From contig JAUYSM010000075.1 in NCBI GenBank assembly GCA_030696315.1, positions 72,580 to 136,579 on the forward strand: a DNA stretch of 64,000 nt, in the 5' to 3' direction. The notes beneath the pieces were generated by a model, which was given only the letters and a program-made list of their open reading frames with translations, did no database searches and was not told the origin of the DNA. This DNA comes from Pseudohongiella sp. GTDB lineage: Bacteria > Pseudomonadota > Gammaproteobacteria > Pseudomonadales > Pseudohongiellaceae. Position numbers and translations under genes: made by a program. Shown one piece after another: positions 28,544 through 38,145 of the stretch (position 1 is its first letter; each line of letters opens with the position of its first letter).

Positions 28544-28810
28544 ATGTCTGCCACCGAGCAACTCACCGACTATCAGCAACTTGAACTGGAAGCTGCCGCC
28601 TTCCGCCAGTTATTAAAACACCTGGATGATAACAAACAGGTACAGAACATCGACCTGATGAATTTAGCCGGTTTCTGCCGCAATTGTCTGGCCAAGTGGT
28701 ATGCCGCAGCAGCTGAAGAACGTGGTCTGGAAATTGGCTACGAAGATGCCAGGGAACGTGTATACGGTATGCCCTATACCGAGTGGAAAGCTAAGTACCA
28801 GACGCCCTGA
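28544..28810 (+). CDS. DUF1244 family protein
   Basis: ELEAAAFRQLLKHL, QNIDLMNLAGFCRNCLAKWY, VYGMPYTEWK. Confidence 0.9.
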   Translation: MSATEQLTDYQQLELEAAAFRQLLKHLDDNKQVQNIDLMNLAGFCRNCLAKWYAAAAEERGLEIGYEDARERVYGMPYTEWKAKYQTP

Positions 28811-28822
28811 ATGTGCTGAGGT

Positions 28823-29827
28823 TTAATTCGGCTGATTGGCCACGTTAAACATTTTGGTGCGTACCAGTCGTCTATAAGCGTTGGGTGTCACACTATGCAG
28901 GCGCTGAAACAGTCCGGTAAAGTAACTGACGTCGTGGTACCCAACCGCAAACGCAATTTCTGCAATACTCAGGTTGCTGTGTTTTAACAAATCACGCGCC
29001 TGGTTGATGCGTATTTCCTGAAGATATTCCACCGGTGTCTGATTGGCAGCTTGCCTGAAGCGCCGGTTGAAAGATCTGACATTTAGACCAAAGTGAACCG
29101 AGAGTGCCTGCATGCTTATTTCACGCTGGTAGTTTTTCTGCAGCCATTCCTGGATTTTAATGATCAGTTCATCATGATGGCTGTCTTGTGGGTCGGCCGC
29201 CAACAAAAGCGATTCATACGAACGCTTGAGTTCATGCGTAAAATGGCGAGCCACTTCATCTGCCACGGCGCTGCTGAAAAGCTGTTCTACAAAGTGCAGC
29301 ATGACATCTCGTACGGCGTTGACGCTGCCTGTGCAATAGAGTCTGTCTTTGTGCGTGATGAATTTTTTGCGTTCCAGCTTGATGGCCGGGTAGTGCGCCT
29401 CAAAGTCATCAAAATAGCGCCAGTGTGTGGTGGCCGGGCGTTGATCCAGTAAACCAGCTTCGGCCAGGAAGTAACTGCCGGTGCCCACGCTGCAAATGCT
29501 TGCGCCGCCAGCATATTGCTGGCGTAACCAGGCGGCTGCCTCTGGTAACTGACGCACCGCAGCACGCGGATTTCCCCACAGGGCGGGAATAAACACCATG
29601 GTATTTTGTGTGTTGTCAGTCAGATTGGCGCTGGGCTGTAGCAACAGTCCGCCACTCATGGCCAGCAGGGTGCTTGCATCGCGTGCCACGGTTTTTAACT
29701 CCAGACTGGGCTGGCGCTGATGGTTTTTTATTCGGTGAATGGTGTCAGCCGCGCTGATCATCTCCAGAGGGATGGCGACGCTGGAAGCCAGAGCTTGTGG
29801 GCAGACGAGGATGCTGATGCGTTTCAT
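28823..29827 (-). CDS. GlxA-family transcriptional regulator (DJ-1/PfpI + AraC HTH)
   Basis: SVGTGSYFLAEAGLLD, ATTHW, RSFNRRFRQ, IAFAVGYHDVSYF; ATG at 29827. Confidence 0.9.
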   Translation of the reverse strand: MKRISILVCPQALASSVAIPLEMISAADTIHRIKNHQRQPSLELKTVARDASTLLAMSGGLLLQPSANLTDNTQNTMVFIPALWGNPRAAVRQLPEAAAWLRQQYAGGASICSVGTGSYFLAEAGLLDQRPATTHWRYFDDFEAHYPAIKLERKKFITHKDRLYCTGSVNAVRDVMLHFVEQLFSSAVADEVARHFTHELKRSYESLLLAADPQDSHHDELIIKIQEWLQKNYQREISMQALSVHFGLNVRSFNRRFRQAANQTPVEYLQEIRINQARDLLKHSNLSIAEIAFAVGYHDVSYFTGLFQRLHSVTPNAYRRLVRTKMFNVANQPN

Positions 29828-29897
29828 GCCGGCATGGTATACCGGATTGGCGCAAGGGGAGAAGTTCTGTGGGATACTGTGTGTGCGAGGTAAATCG

Positions 29898-30386
29898 ATG
29901 AGAAAAAACCTGATCACCAAAGCCGGCATGCTGCGCTTGAAAGACGAATTGAATCAACTCTGGCGCGTCGAGCGACCCGACGTCACCAAAAAGGTCTCCT
30001 GGGCTGCCAGTCTCGGCGACCGCAGTGAAAATGCCGACTATCAGTACAATAAAAAGCGTCTGCGTGAAATCGACCGTCGTGTGCGTTATCTGAGTAAGCG
30101 TGTGGAAGAACTGCAGGTCGTAGAAGCGCTGCCCGACAATACGGACAAAATCTTTTTTGGCGCGCATGTTGAAGTAGAAAGCGAACAAGGCGAGATCCGC
30201 CGGTTCCAGATAGTTGGTTACGACGAGATATTTGATCGCAAAGATGTCATCTCAGTCGACAGCCCGATGGCCTTGGCGCTGCTGCAGAAAGAGGAAGGTG
30301 ATGAGGTGATTGTCAGAACGCCAGAGGGCAAAGCCGTGTGGTACGTCAACCGCATCAGTTATGGTGATGCGGAGGCAGCGCAGTGA
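29898..30386 (+). CDS. greB: Transcription elongation factor GreB
   Basis: NLITKAG, AASLGDRSENADYQYNKKRLREIDRRVRYL, ISVDSPMA. Confidence 0.95.
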   Translation: MRKNLITKAGMLRLKDELNQLWRVERPDVTKKVSWAASLGDRSENADYQYNKKRLREIDRRVRYLSKRVEELQVVEALPDNTDKIFFGAHVEVESEQGEIRRFQIVGYDEIFDRKDVISVDSPMALALLQKEEGDEVIVRTPEGKAVWYVNRISYGDAEAAQ

Positions 30387-30398
30387 GCCGCTGCCTCC
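30371..30398. terminator. Stem-loop between convergent greB and serC
   Basis: Perfect 10 bp inverted repeat GGAGGCAGCG / CGCTGCCTCC spanning the greB stop. Confidence 0.55.
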
Positions 30399-30411
30399 CC
30401 GATGCTCAGGA

Positions 30412-31500
30412 TTAACCGTTACGACGGGCAAAATCTGCCATAAAGTCCGCCAGCGTCTGGCAACCTGCAACCGGCATGGCGTTATAGACCGATGCGCGCA
30501 TACCACCCACCACACGGTGACCTTTGAGTGCGTACAATCCATGTCCTTGTGCTTCATCAAGGAACTTCTTGTCCAGTTCGCTGTTGGCCAGCGTGAAGGT
30601 GATGTTCATTTGTGAGCGGTGGGCTTTTTGCGCCGCGCCCCGGTAAAAGTCAGTGCTGTCGATGGCGTCATAAATGATTTTGGCTTTATGTGCGTTGATT
30701 TTTTCCATCGCTGGCACGCCGCCTTGATCTTTCAGCCAATGCAGCACCAGGTTCATCATATACACCGCAAAGGTGTTGATGGTGTTGGGCATGGAGTGGT
30801 TCTTGGCGTAGGTGTCGTAATTCAGCAGATTAGGGGTCTGTGGCATAGCGTGACCGATCAGATCCTTGCGAATCAACACCGCCGCCATGCCTGAAGGGCC
30901 GAGATTTTTCTGCAGACCGGCAAATACCAGACCAAATTTGTTGTAGTCGATGACACGAGACATCAGTTCTGAGGTCATGTCCGCTACCAACGGGATATCG
31001 CCGGTGTCGGGGAACTCGTTCCAACGTGTACCAAACAAAGTGTTGTTGCTGGTGATATGAACGTAGGAAGTATCTGCGTCAAGCGTGGACACATCATAGT
31101 CAGGAATGTGATTAAAGTTGCTGCTTTCGCTGCTGGCCACGGTCACAGCGTTGCCATAACGCGCTGCTTCCTTGCGAGCCAGCACTGTCCAATGGCCGCT
31201 TTCTATAAAGGCGGCTTTGTGTGCGGGTTTTAATGGCATCAGGTTGAGCGGAATGGCGGCAAACTGCATTTGTGCACTGCCGTGTACATACAGAATGTCA
31301 AAGTTGTCTGGCAGTCCGGCCAGTTCGCGCATCAACTGGTCGGTCTCGGTCAGCAATGCCTCAAACTCGGCGCTGCGATGGCTGACTTCGATCACGGACA
31401 TGCCAAGCCCTTTCCAGTCCAGAAACTCTTCTTTGGCTTTTTCAAGCACAGGCAGTGGCAACATGGCCGGGCCGGCCCCAAAGTTAAATATGCGGTTCAT
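30412..31500 (-). CDS. serC: Phosphoserine aminotransferase
   Basis: FNFGAGPAMLP, EVSHRS, ADMTS, AGLQKNLGPSG, KGHRVVGGMRASVYNA. Confidence 0.95.
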   Translation of the reverse strand: MNRIFNFGAGPAMLPLPVLEKAKEEFLDWKGLGMSVIEVSHRSAEFEALLTETDQLMRELAGLPDNFDILYVHGSAQMQFAAIPLNLMPLKPAHKAAFIESGHWTVLARKEAARYGNAVTVASSESSNFNHIPDYDVSTLDADTSYVHITSNNTLFGTRWNEFPDTGDIPLVADMTSELMSRVIDYNKFGLVFAGLQKNLGPSGMAAVLIRKDLIGHAMPQTPNLLNYDTYAKNHSMPNTINTFAVYMMNLVLHWLKDQGGVPAMEKINAHKAKIIYDAIDSTDFYRGAAQKAHRSQMNITFTLANSELDKKFLDEAQGHGLYALKGHRVVGGMRASVYNAMPVAGCQTLADFMADFARRNG

Positions 31501-31578
31501 CGTCAAGTCCTTGCTAGCAGTTGTATTTAAAATCGAATCTGTGGCTTTTATAGCTATATCAAATGGTTGCGCGTATCC

Positions 31579-32760
31579 CTACAGCAAGGTCACCTTGATC
31601 ACGTCGTCGGTGGACGCAATGGCCTGCACGGCGGCAGGTGACGGTGTGCTGGCCAGATCAATCAGGTTGTAAGCGATGTCGTCGCGGCTCTTGTTGATCA
31701 TATCGACTACGTTAATATCCTGTTCGGCAAGTATGGACAGAATTTTACCCAACATGCCCGGCACGTTTTTATTGCTGATCGCAAGCCGTGTTCCGCTGGC
31801 GGCCCCTTGTACACGATCCAGTGACAGGGCGGGGAAGTTCACGGAGTTGCGGATGTTACCATTCTCGAGGAAATCCTTCAGCTGCTCGGCGGCCATGATG
31901 GCGCAGTTTTCTTCAGCTTCTTCGGTGCTGGCGCCGATGTGTGGCATGAGAATGACGTCGTCGCGGCCTATCAGTTCGTGGCGCGGGAAGTCGCTGATGT
32001 ACATGCGCAGCGCACCGGCATCCAGACCAGCCACTACGGCTGCGGTGTCCACAATCTCATCTCTCGAAAAATTGAGCAGGCACAGGCCAGGCTTCATGGC
32101 GGCGACCATGTCAGCATTAATCAATCCGCGTGTGCTCTCGAGTACCGGCAGATGCAGGCTGACATAATCGGAGTTCGCCAGCAGGGCACTGACGTTCTCG
32201 ATCTTTTGTACCTGATTGGGCAAGCGCCAGGCCGCGTCGACTGAGAGGGCAGGGTCATAACCCAGTACTTTCATGCCCAGATTGATCGCCATGCCAGCCA
32301 CCAGTGATCCGATAGCACCCAGGCCAATGATGCCGAGGGTTTTGCCGGCCAACTCATAGCCCGCAAAGCGCTTCTTTTCCGCTTCCAGCAGCTTGTTGAG
32401 CTCGGCGTGATCTGTCACTGTGCTAAGTGTGTCCACATAGCGTATGCCGGGGATGATGCCGCGCGATGCCAGCAACATGCCACTGAGCACCAGCTCTTTA
32501 ACGGCATTGGCATTGGCGCCTGGAGCGTTGAACACAACAATTCCCCGTGCGGTGCAGTCCGGTACTGGCACGTTATTGACCCCGGCGCCGGCGCGCGCGA
32601 CGGCCTTGATAGTGGGGCCAAGATCAGCCGTGCTGAGTTTGTGGCTACGCAACAAAATGGCATCAGCGTCGTCCATATCCGCGCCAACGGTGTAGCGGGT
32701 GGCCTGAAAGCGCTGTAGTCCCAGGTTGGCAATCTGATTAAAAGTTCTTATTTTGTGCAT
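31579..32760 (-). CDS. serA: D-3-phosphoglycerate dehydrogenase with C-terminal ACT domain
   Basis: ARAGAGVNN, NANAVKELV, GIIGLGAIG, MPHIGASTEEAEENC, NKNVPGML...NKSR. Confidence 0.88.
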   Translation of the reverse strand: MHKIRTFNQIANLGLQRFQATRYTVGADMDDADAILLRSHKLSTADLGPTIKAVARAGAGVNNVPVPDCTARGIVVFNAPGANANAVKELVLSGMLLASRGIIPGIRYVDTLSTVTDHAELNKLLEAEKKRFAGYELAGKTLGIIGLGAIGSLVAGMAINLGMKVLGYDPALSVDAAWRLPNQVQKIENVSALLANSDYVSLHLPVLESTRGLINADMVAAMKPGLCLLNFSRDEIVDTAAVVAGLDAGALRMYISDFPRHELIGRDDVILMPHIGASTEEAEENCAIMAAEQLKDFLENGNIRNSVNFPALSLDRVQGAASGTRLAISNKNVPGMLGKILSILAEQDINVVDMINKSRDDIAYNLIDLASTPSPAAVQAIASTDDVIKVTLL

Positions 32761-32932
32761 GATTGTTATGGTCACCTTTTTAGTGCTCGTGTTCTTTTTA
32801 CCCCTGAGCGATGCGGGTTCTCGAAGGCGCCTTTTATAACGTGAACCGCGACGAAAGGCCAGTTGCCAGTTGAGGTAAACCCGCTATCATGGCGGCTGAT
32901 GCGCGAACCGCCAGAGAATTTTGTGAGTGATT

Positions 32933-33826
32933 ATGGAAACTTCCCGCTTTGTCGCCGGAGTCCCGGTTGATGTGACAACCGGACAGATACCTGTGCAGCG
33001 ATTGTTGTGCCCGAATGCAGGTGTGATGACCGGGCCGGGGACCAACAGCTATTTGATCGGACATCAAGAACTGGCCCTGGTTGACCCAGGTCCAGCCATG
33101 CCGGTTCACACGCAGGCAATCATGCAGGCCTTGGGTGGTCGTCCTCTAAAGTGGATCTTTGTGACACATACACACGGCGATCACTCGCCGGGCACCCCTG
33201 CTTTGCAGGCACTCACCGGTGCACAACTGATTGGGCTGGCACCGCATGCCGATGCCCAGTATCAGGATCGCAGCTTTGTGCCAGACCGCCTGTATGGTCA
33301 CGATGAGCAGATACTGTGTGATGGATTCAGTATCAGGCTGATTCATACGCCTGGGCACGTGTCCAATCATCTGTGTTTTCTGCTGGAAGAAGATGCCATG
33401 CTGTTCACAGGGGATCACATTCTGCAAGGCACAACGCCCGTGATCTTGCCACCGGACGGCAATATGTCGGACTACATGAAGTCACTGGAATATCTCAGGC
33501 ACTTGCCGCTGCGCGCTTTGGCGCCCGGGCATGGCGAGGTCATGTTGGAGCCGGAGCAGATGATCAGCACGCTGATCCGGCATCGACAGCGTCGTGAACT
33601 CAAGATAGTAGCGGCGCTGACAACGTTGAAGTCCTGTATTCTGGACGAACTGGTGTTGTTGGCGTATGACGATGTGCCTTCCCACCTGTTGCCTTGGGCC
33701 AAAAAAACCTTGCTTGCACATCTTTACAAGCTACAGGATGAAGGGCGTGCACGTATGCTCGCACCGGCTCCGACATCTGCGGGAGAAAAAGCGGATATCG
33801 AAACCACAATCTGGGAAGTGCTGTGA
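32933..33826 (+). CDS. MBL-fold metallo-hydrolase (LACTB2-like, C-terminal winged helix)
   Basis: MTGPGTNSY, THTHGDH, TPGHVSNH, FTGDH, PGHG, LLAHLYKL. Confidence 0.88.
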   Translation: METSRFVAGVPVDVTTGQIPVQRLLCPNAGVMTGPGTNSYLIGHQELALVDPGPAMPVHTQAIMQALGGRPLKWIFVTHTHGDHSPGTPALQALTGAQLIGLAPHADAQYQDRSFVPDRLYGHDEQILCDGFSIRLIHTPGHVSNHLCFLLEEDAMLFTGDHILQGTTPVILPPDGNMSDYMKSLEYLRHLPLRALAPGHGEVMLEPEQMISTLIRHRQRRELKIVAALTTLKSCILDELVLLAYDDVPSHLLPWAKKTLLAHLYKLQDEGRARMLAPAPTSAGEKADIETTIWEVL

Positions 33827-34119
33827 CAAGCACGCCCTGGCATGTTTACATCATCCAGTGTGGTGATCAGAGTTACTACACCGGTATTGCCACCGATGTA
33901 AATCGCCGGTTCAAGGAGCATGATTCACAAGGGCGGCTGTGCGCGCGTTATTTGCGTGGGCGTTTGCCGTTGACTTTGGTACACAGCATCGAAGTTGCCG
34001 ATCGTGTTGCCGCCTTGCAACTGGAGTACCGTATCAAACAACTGCCACGTTTTAAAAAAATCCAGTTGATCAAGGGTGAACTGCATCTGGAAAGTGCTGC
34101 ACAGGAGCAAGCAAGTTGA
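33823..34119 (+). CDS. Small GIY-YIG nuclease (YhbQ/UPF0213-like)
   Basis: WHVYII...SYYTGIATDVNRRFKEH, ALQLEYRIKQL. Confidence 0.9.
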   Translation: MTSTPWHVYIIQCGDQSYYTGIATDVNRRFKEHDSQGRLCARYLRGRLPLTLVHSIEVADRVAALQLEYRIKQLPRFKKIQLIKGELHLESAAQEQAS

Positions 34120-35090
34120 CTGTTAATAAACATCAAGATCACAAGATACCGGTCGGCATCAGTGCATGTCTGCTTGGTGATGAAGTGCGGTTTAACTCCG
34201 GGCACAAACTGCATTCATATATCGAGCAGACTCTGGGTGAGTATTTTGAGTATCGCAAGTTTTGCCCGGAAGTTGATATTGGTCTGGGTGTTCCACGAAA
34301 ACCGATCCGGTTGGTCAGGCACAATGATGAGGTGATCTGCGTCGACAGTGAAAATTACGCACTCGATTACACACAGAGGCTGCGCGACAGTGCAGATGCG
34401 CAGATGCACTGGGTGTCTGGTTTATGTGCTTACATTTTTAAACGTGATTCGCCCAGTTGTGGCATGGAAAGGGTAAAAATCTATCAGACCCGCGGCGAAG
34501 CAACGACCACCGCCAAAGACGGTGCGGGTATTTTTGCGGAACGGGTGATGCAGAAATTTCCGGCACTGCCGGTTGAGGAGGAAGGACGCCTGGGTGATGC
34601 CATTCTGCGAGAAAATTTTATTCAGCGTGTTTATGTGATGTATCGCTGGAAGCAGATGTTGGCGCAAGGACTCAGCGTTGCCACCCTGACGGATTTTCAT
34701 GCGCGCCACAAACTGATTCTGATGAGTCATTGTCAGAAAACCTATCGTGAGCAGGGACCTGTGCTGGCATCGGCGCGCAAAGACAATGTGGCAGAAATTG
34801 CTGAACAGTACCTGCTGGCGCTGATGACCGCACTCAAAAAACGCGCCAGCCGTGGTGATCATGTGAACGTGTTGCAGCATATTCAGGGGTACTTGCGAGA
34901 TGATCTGCAGGCCGATGATAAAGCTGAATTGCGCGAGTCGTTTGAGCGGTATCTGCAAGGCTATCTACCTCTCATCGTTCCAATTACCCTGCTTAACCAC
35001 TATTTCCGCCGCTATCCCAACGAATACATCAGCCGTTCCTGGTATATGCATCCGTATCCGTCTGAGATGAGTTTGCAGAACTTTATCTGA
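34116..35090 (+). CDS. DUF523 + DUF1722 (YbgA family; 2-thiouracil desulfurase-like N-domain)
   Basis: GISACLLGDEVRFN, CPEVDIGLGVPR, KRDSPSCG, LRENF, FHARHKL, NVLQHIQGY. Confidence 0.9.
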   Translation: MTVNKHQDHKIPVGISACLLGDEVRFNSGHKLHSYIEQTLGEYFEYRKFCPEVDIGLGVPRKPIRLVRHNDEVICVDSENYALDYTQRLRDSADAQMHWVSGLCAYIFKRDSPSCGMERVKIYQTRGEATTTAKDGAGIFAERVMQKFPALPVEEEGRLGDAILRENFIQRVYVMYRWKQMLAQGLSVATLTDFHARHKLILMSHCQKTYREQGPVLASARKDNVAEIAEQYLLALMTALKKRASRGDHVNVLQHIQGYLRDDLQADDKAELRESFERYLQGYLPLIVPITLLNHYFRRYPNEYISRSWYMHPYPSEMSLQNFI

Positions 35091-35106
35091 CAAACAGGAT
35101 GTGAGG

Positions 35107-35165
35107 GGCATTGGGGCCGGAGGTTGCCCTCCGACCCCAATGTCACCCCCAATGCCAGCAATGCC
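35107..35165 (+). repeat. Long hairpin with two further tandem copies of its 3' arm
   Basis: The 5' arm GGCATTGGGGCCGGAGG (35107-23) pairs with 35128-44. CCCCAATGCC (35147-56) is a perfect alternative partner and CAATGCC (35159-65) a third. Confidence 0.8.
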
Positions 35166-35238
35166 ACCTCTCATGCAGATTTGGCGTATGCCCAGCGGCG
35201 CCTTCTGGGCTATAATGCCGGCCTTTTCACCGGACTGA
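35140..35238 (+). CDS. Putative proline-rich leader peptide (uORF) upstream of proA
   Basis: Reads [32 protein letters not shown] (8 Pro in 32 aa); the frame is open back to GTG 35101. RBS spacing is poor, so translation is unproven. Confidence 0.3.
   Translation: MSPPMPAMPPLMQIWRMPSGAFWAIMPAFSPD
35211..35216 (+). promoter_or_regulatory. Candidate sigma70 -10 box for the proA operon
   Basis: Perfect TATAAT 39 nt before the proA ATG; no clear -35. Confidence 0.5.
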
Positions 35239-35254
35239 CTGGATTCGCACACGC

Positions 35255-36514
35255 ATGAGCGACATTTCCACCTACATGAACACGCTGGGAGCGCAGGCTC
35301 GTGCGGCGTCTCGCGTCATGGCTGCTGCTACCACAGCAACTAAAAACGCGGCGTTGTTGGCGATGATTGATGCCATTGAAGCGGGCCGAGCCCAGCTGGA
35401 AGCGGCTAACCAGATTGATCTGCAGGCCGGTCGCGATAAAGGTCTGGATGCCGCCATGCTGGACAGACTGGCGCTGACACCTGCTCGCATTGACGGCATG
35501 ATTGAGGGCTTGCGTCAGGTGGCTGCCCTTCAGGATCCGGTGGGTGAAGTCACTGACATGCGCTTTATGCCCAGTGGTATTCAAGTTGGCAAAATGCGTG
35601 TGCCACTCGGCGTGGTCGGCATTATTTATGAATCTCGCCCGAATGTGACCTGTGAAGCGGCCAGCCTCTGTCTCAAGTCTGGTAATGCCACCATTTTGCG
35701 AGGTGGTTCAGAAGCCATTCATTCCAATCAAGCGATTGCTGGTTTTATACGCGCAGGTCTGGCTGAAGCCGGTTTGCCAGAGCAGGCGGTGCAAGTGGTT
35801 GAAACAACCGACAGGGCGGCCGTTGGTTTATTGATTACCATGCCGCAGTTTGTGGATGTGATTGTGCCGCGCGGTGGCAAGGGCCTGATTGAACGTATCA
35901 GTGCTGAGGCACGGGTGCCGGTCATCAAACATCTGGATGGCAACTGTCACGTGTATATTGATGATGGTGCCGATCTGGAAAAGGCGGTCAACGTAGCGCT
36001 GAATGCCAAAACACAACGTTATGGTACCTGTAACACCATGGAAAGCCTGTTGGTCGCTGAATCAGTGGCTGCTGACGTTTTGCCCGCGCTGGCGGCAGCC
36101 TATGCGCCGCACCACGTCGAATTGCGCGCCTGTGAACGGTCATTGCCATACTTGCCCGGCGCAATACCCGCGCAGGAACAGGACTGGTTTGAGGAGTATC
36201 TTGCACCGGTACTGGCGGTGAAAGTGGTCGCTGGTCTGGATGAAGCGATTGCACACATCAACAAATACAGTTCGGCGCACACAGAGTCCATCATCACCGA
36301 AGATTTTCGCCGTGCGCAGCGTTTTCTGCGCGAGGTGGATTCCAGTTCAGTGATGGTAAATGCCTCGACGCGCTTTGCCGATGGTTTTGAGTATGGACTG
36401 GGCGCTGAAATTGGCATTTCCACCGACAAATTACACGCGCGTGGACCTGTTGGGCTCGAAGGGCTGACCTCACAAAAATACATTGTGATCGGAGACGGCC
36501 ACATCCGTACCTGA
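35255..36514 (+). CDS. proA: Gamma-glutamyl phosphate reductase
   Basis: [63 protein letters not shown]. Confidence 0.97.
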   Translation: MSDISTYMNTLGAQARAASRVMAAATTATKNAALLAMIDAIEAGRAQLEAANQIDLQAGRDKGLDAAMLDRLALTPARIDGMIEGLRQVAALQDPVGEVTDMRFMPSGIQVGKMRVPLGVVGIIYESRPNVTCEAASLCLKSGNATILRGGSEAIHSNQAIAGFIRAGLAEAGLPEQAVQVVETTDRAAVGLLITMPQFVDVIVPRGGKGLIERISAEARVPVIKHLDGNCHVYIDDGADLEKAVNVALNAKTQRYGTCNTMESLLVAESVAADVLPALAAAYAPHHVELRACERSLPYLPGAIPAQEQDWFEEYLAPVLAVKVVAGLDEAIAHINKYSSAHTESIITEDFRRAQRFLREVDSSSVMVNASTRFADGFEYGLGAEIGISTDKLHARGPVGLEGLTSQKYIVIGDGHIRT

Positions 36515-36525
36515 AAGGGTTTTAC

Positions 36526-37158
36526 ATGCAAAGACGTATCGGTGTCATGGGCGGCATGTTTGACCCGGTTCATCTGGCCCACCTTGCTGTCGCCAGGCAG
36601 GTGCTGGAGACGCTGAGTCTGGATGTTGTGCACATGGTGCCTTGTGCAGTGCCCAATCATCGCGGGCAGCCCGGTGCCTCTGGGGAACATCGCGTTCGTA
36701 TGTTGACATTGGCGGTGTCGGAGGAACCACGTCTGATCGTGGATGAACGCGAGTTGCAACGACCCGGTGTGTCGTACATGGTTGATACGCTCGAGGCATT
36801 TGCGAGTGAATTTCCTGACGCCACGCTGGTCTACATATTGGGTTTGGACAGTTTTTTGTCATTACCGTCATGGCATCGCTGGCGCCATTTGATCGATATT
36901 AGCCATTTGTGTGTGACGGGTCGGCCGGGTGTTACCCCCGACCTGCCCGACGCCTTGTCAATAGAAGTAGCCAGACGTCGGGTTGAGAGTGTTGCTGAGT
37001 TGTTTGTAAAACAAAGCGGCAGTGTTTTATTCATGGAGAGTCTTGATCTGCCGATTTCGTCCAGTGCCATCAGGCAAGCACTGGCCTGCGGTGAAATGCC
37101 AGCCCAGTTGCCTCATTCGGTGCAAGCTTATATCCGCGAGCACAGGCTTTATTTTTAA
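36526..37158 (+). CDS. nadD: Nicotinate-nucleotide adenylyltransferase
   Basis: GGMFDPVHLAH, SYMVDTL, ILGLDSF, ISSSAIR; canonical proA-nadD-rsfS order. Confidence 0.93.
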   Translation: MQRRIGVMGGMFDPVHLAHLAVARQVLETLSLDVVHMVPCAVPNHRGQPGASGEHRVRMLTLAVSEEPRLIVDERELQRPGVSYMVDTLEAFASEFPDATLVYILGLDSFLSLPSWHRWRHLIDISHLCVTGRPGVTPDLPDALSIEVARRRVESVAELFVKQSGSVLFMESLDLPISSSAIRQALACGEMPAQLPHSVQAYIREHRLYF

Positions 37159-37209
37159 ATTTTGTCAGTATCTGAATAAACGGATGCTGCAGTCAGGAGC
37201 AATACATAA

Positions 37210-37566
37210 TTGAATACCGAACAAATCAGTGAACTGGTTGTGGATTCACTGGAAAACATCAAAGGCCAGCACATTGAAGTATTTGATGTGCGCACCCTGA
37301 CGCCGATCACAGATTGCATGATCATCGTCACCGGCACCTCGAGCACCCATATCAAAGCGATGGCTGATGAAGTGATCGTGAATGCCAAAAAGGCAGGTTT
37401 GCAAGTGCAAGGCATAGAAGGGCGTGGGCATGCTGACTGGGTCTTGGTGGATCTGGGTGATGTGATTGTACATCTGATGTTGTCTGCTACCCGCGCACTG
37501 TATCGTCTGGAAGATCTGTGGAACATGAAAGCGCTGGTGCCGGCCAGCAAGACGGATATGCAGTGA
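37210..37566 (+). CDS. rsfS: Ribosome silencing factor
   Basis: IKGQHI, IVTGTSSTHIKA, WVLVDLGDVIVH, YRLEDLW. Confidence 0.95.
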   Translation: MNTEQISELVVDSLENIKGQHIEVFDVRTLTPITDCMIIVTGTSSTHIKAMADEVIVNAKKAGLQVQGIEGRGHADWVLVDLGDVIVHLMLSATRALYRLEDLWNMKALVPASKTDMQ

Positions 37567-38033
37567 AGATAAACCTGATTTCTGTGGGAACCCGCATGCC
37601 TGACTGGGTGCAGGAGGGAGTGCTGGAGTACAGCAAACGCCTGCCCGCAGAATTCAGTTTGCAGTGTATCGAAGTACCGCTGGGTAAACGTGGCAAAAAT
37701 AGTGATCCCCAGCAAGCGATGCGACAGGAAGGGGAGGCGCTGCTGAGCCGACTGTCAGCCCGAGATCATGTGGTGGCGCTCGATGTATTGGGGCGTTCGC
37801 TGAGTACGGAAGCCATGGCGGCAAGAGTTGGCGCAATCCGTGATGATGGCAAGCACCTCAGTTTGTTGGTCGGCGGGCCTGATGGGCTCAGTCCGGAATG
37901 TCTTGGGCGGGCAGACGAAAAATGGTCGCTGTCTGCATTGACTTTGCCGCATCCCCTGGTGCGCATTGTGCTTGCCGAGCAGATTTATCGGGTTTGGAGT
38001 GTGCTGGCAGGACACCCCTATCACCGGGCATAA
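37563..38033 (+). CDS. rlmH: 23S rRNA (pseudouridine-1915-N3) methyltransferase
   Basis: VGTRMPDWV, LLVGGPDGL, WSLSALTLPHPLVR, EQIYR...HPYHR; GTG start overlapping the rsfS stop. Confidence 0.95.
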   Translation: MKINLISVGTRMPDWVQEGVLEYSKRLPAEFSLQCIEVPLGKRGKNSDPQQAMRQEGEALLSRLSARDHVVALDVLGRSLSTEAMAARVGAIRDDGKHLSLLVGGPDGLSPECLGRADEKWSLSALTLPHPLVRIVLAEQIYRVWSVLAGHPYHRA

Positions 38034-38145
38034 AAACAGATTTAACCCAAATCTGGACATAATGAGAAACCCATGTAAACTTATCGCCCAAATGCCTGTC
38101 CTATAAGCAATTCACGCTTTTTTTCAGGGCAATAAGTATTCTCGG

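Noticed and set aside
33823-34119. Homing endonuclease or mobile intron
   Set aside because: A 98 aa stand-alone YhbQ-type domain with host-like GC, coupled to its neighbours and not interrupting a gene.
34965-35252. 95 aa minus-strand Gly-rich ORF
   Set aside because: It is the antisense reading of the CCAATG repeats and overlaps the ybgA-like 3' end and the proA promoter; no RBS or motif.
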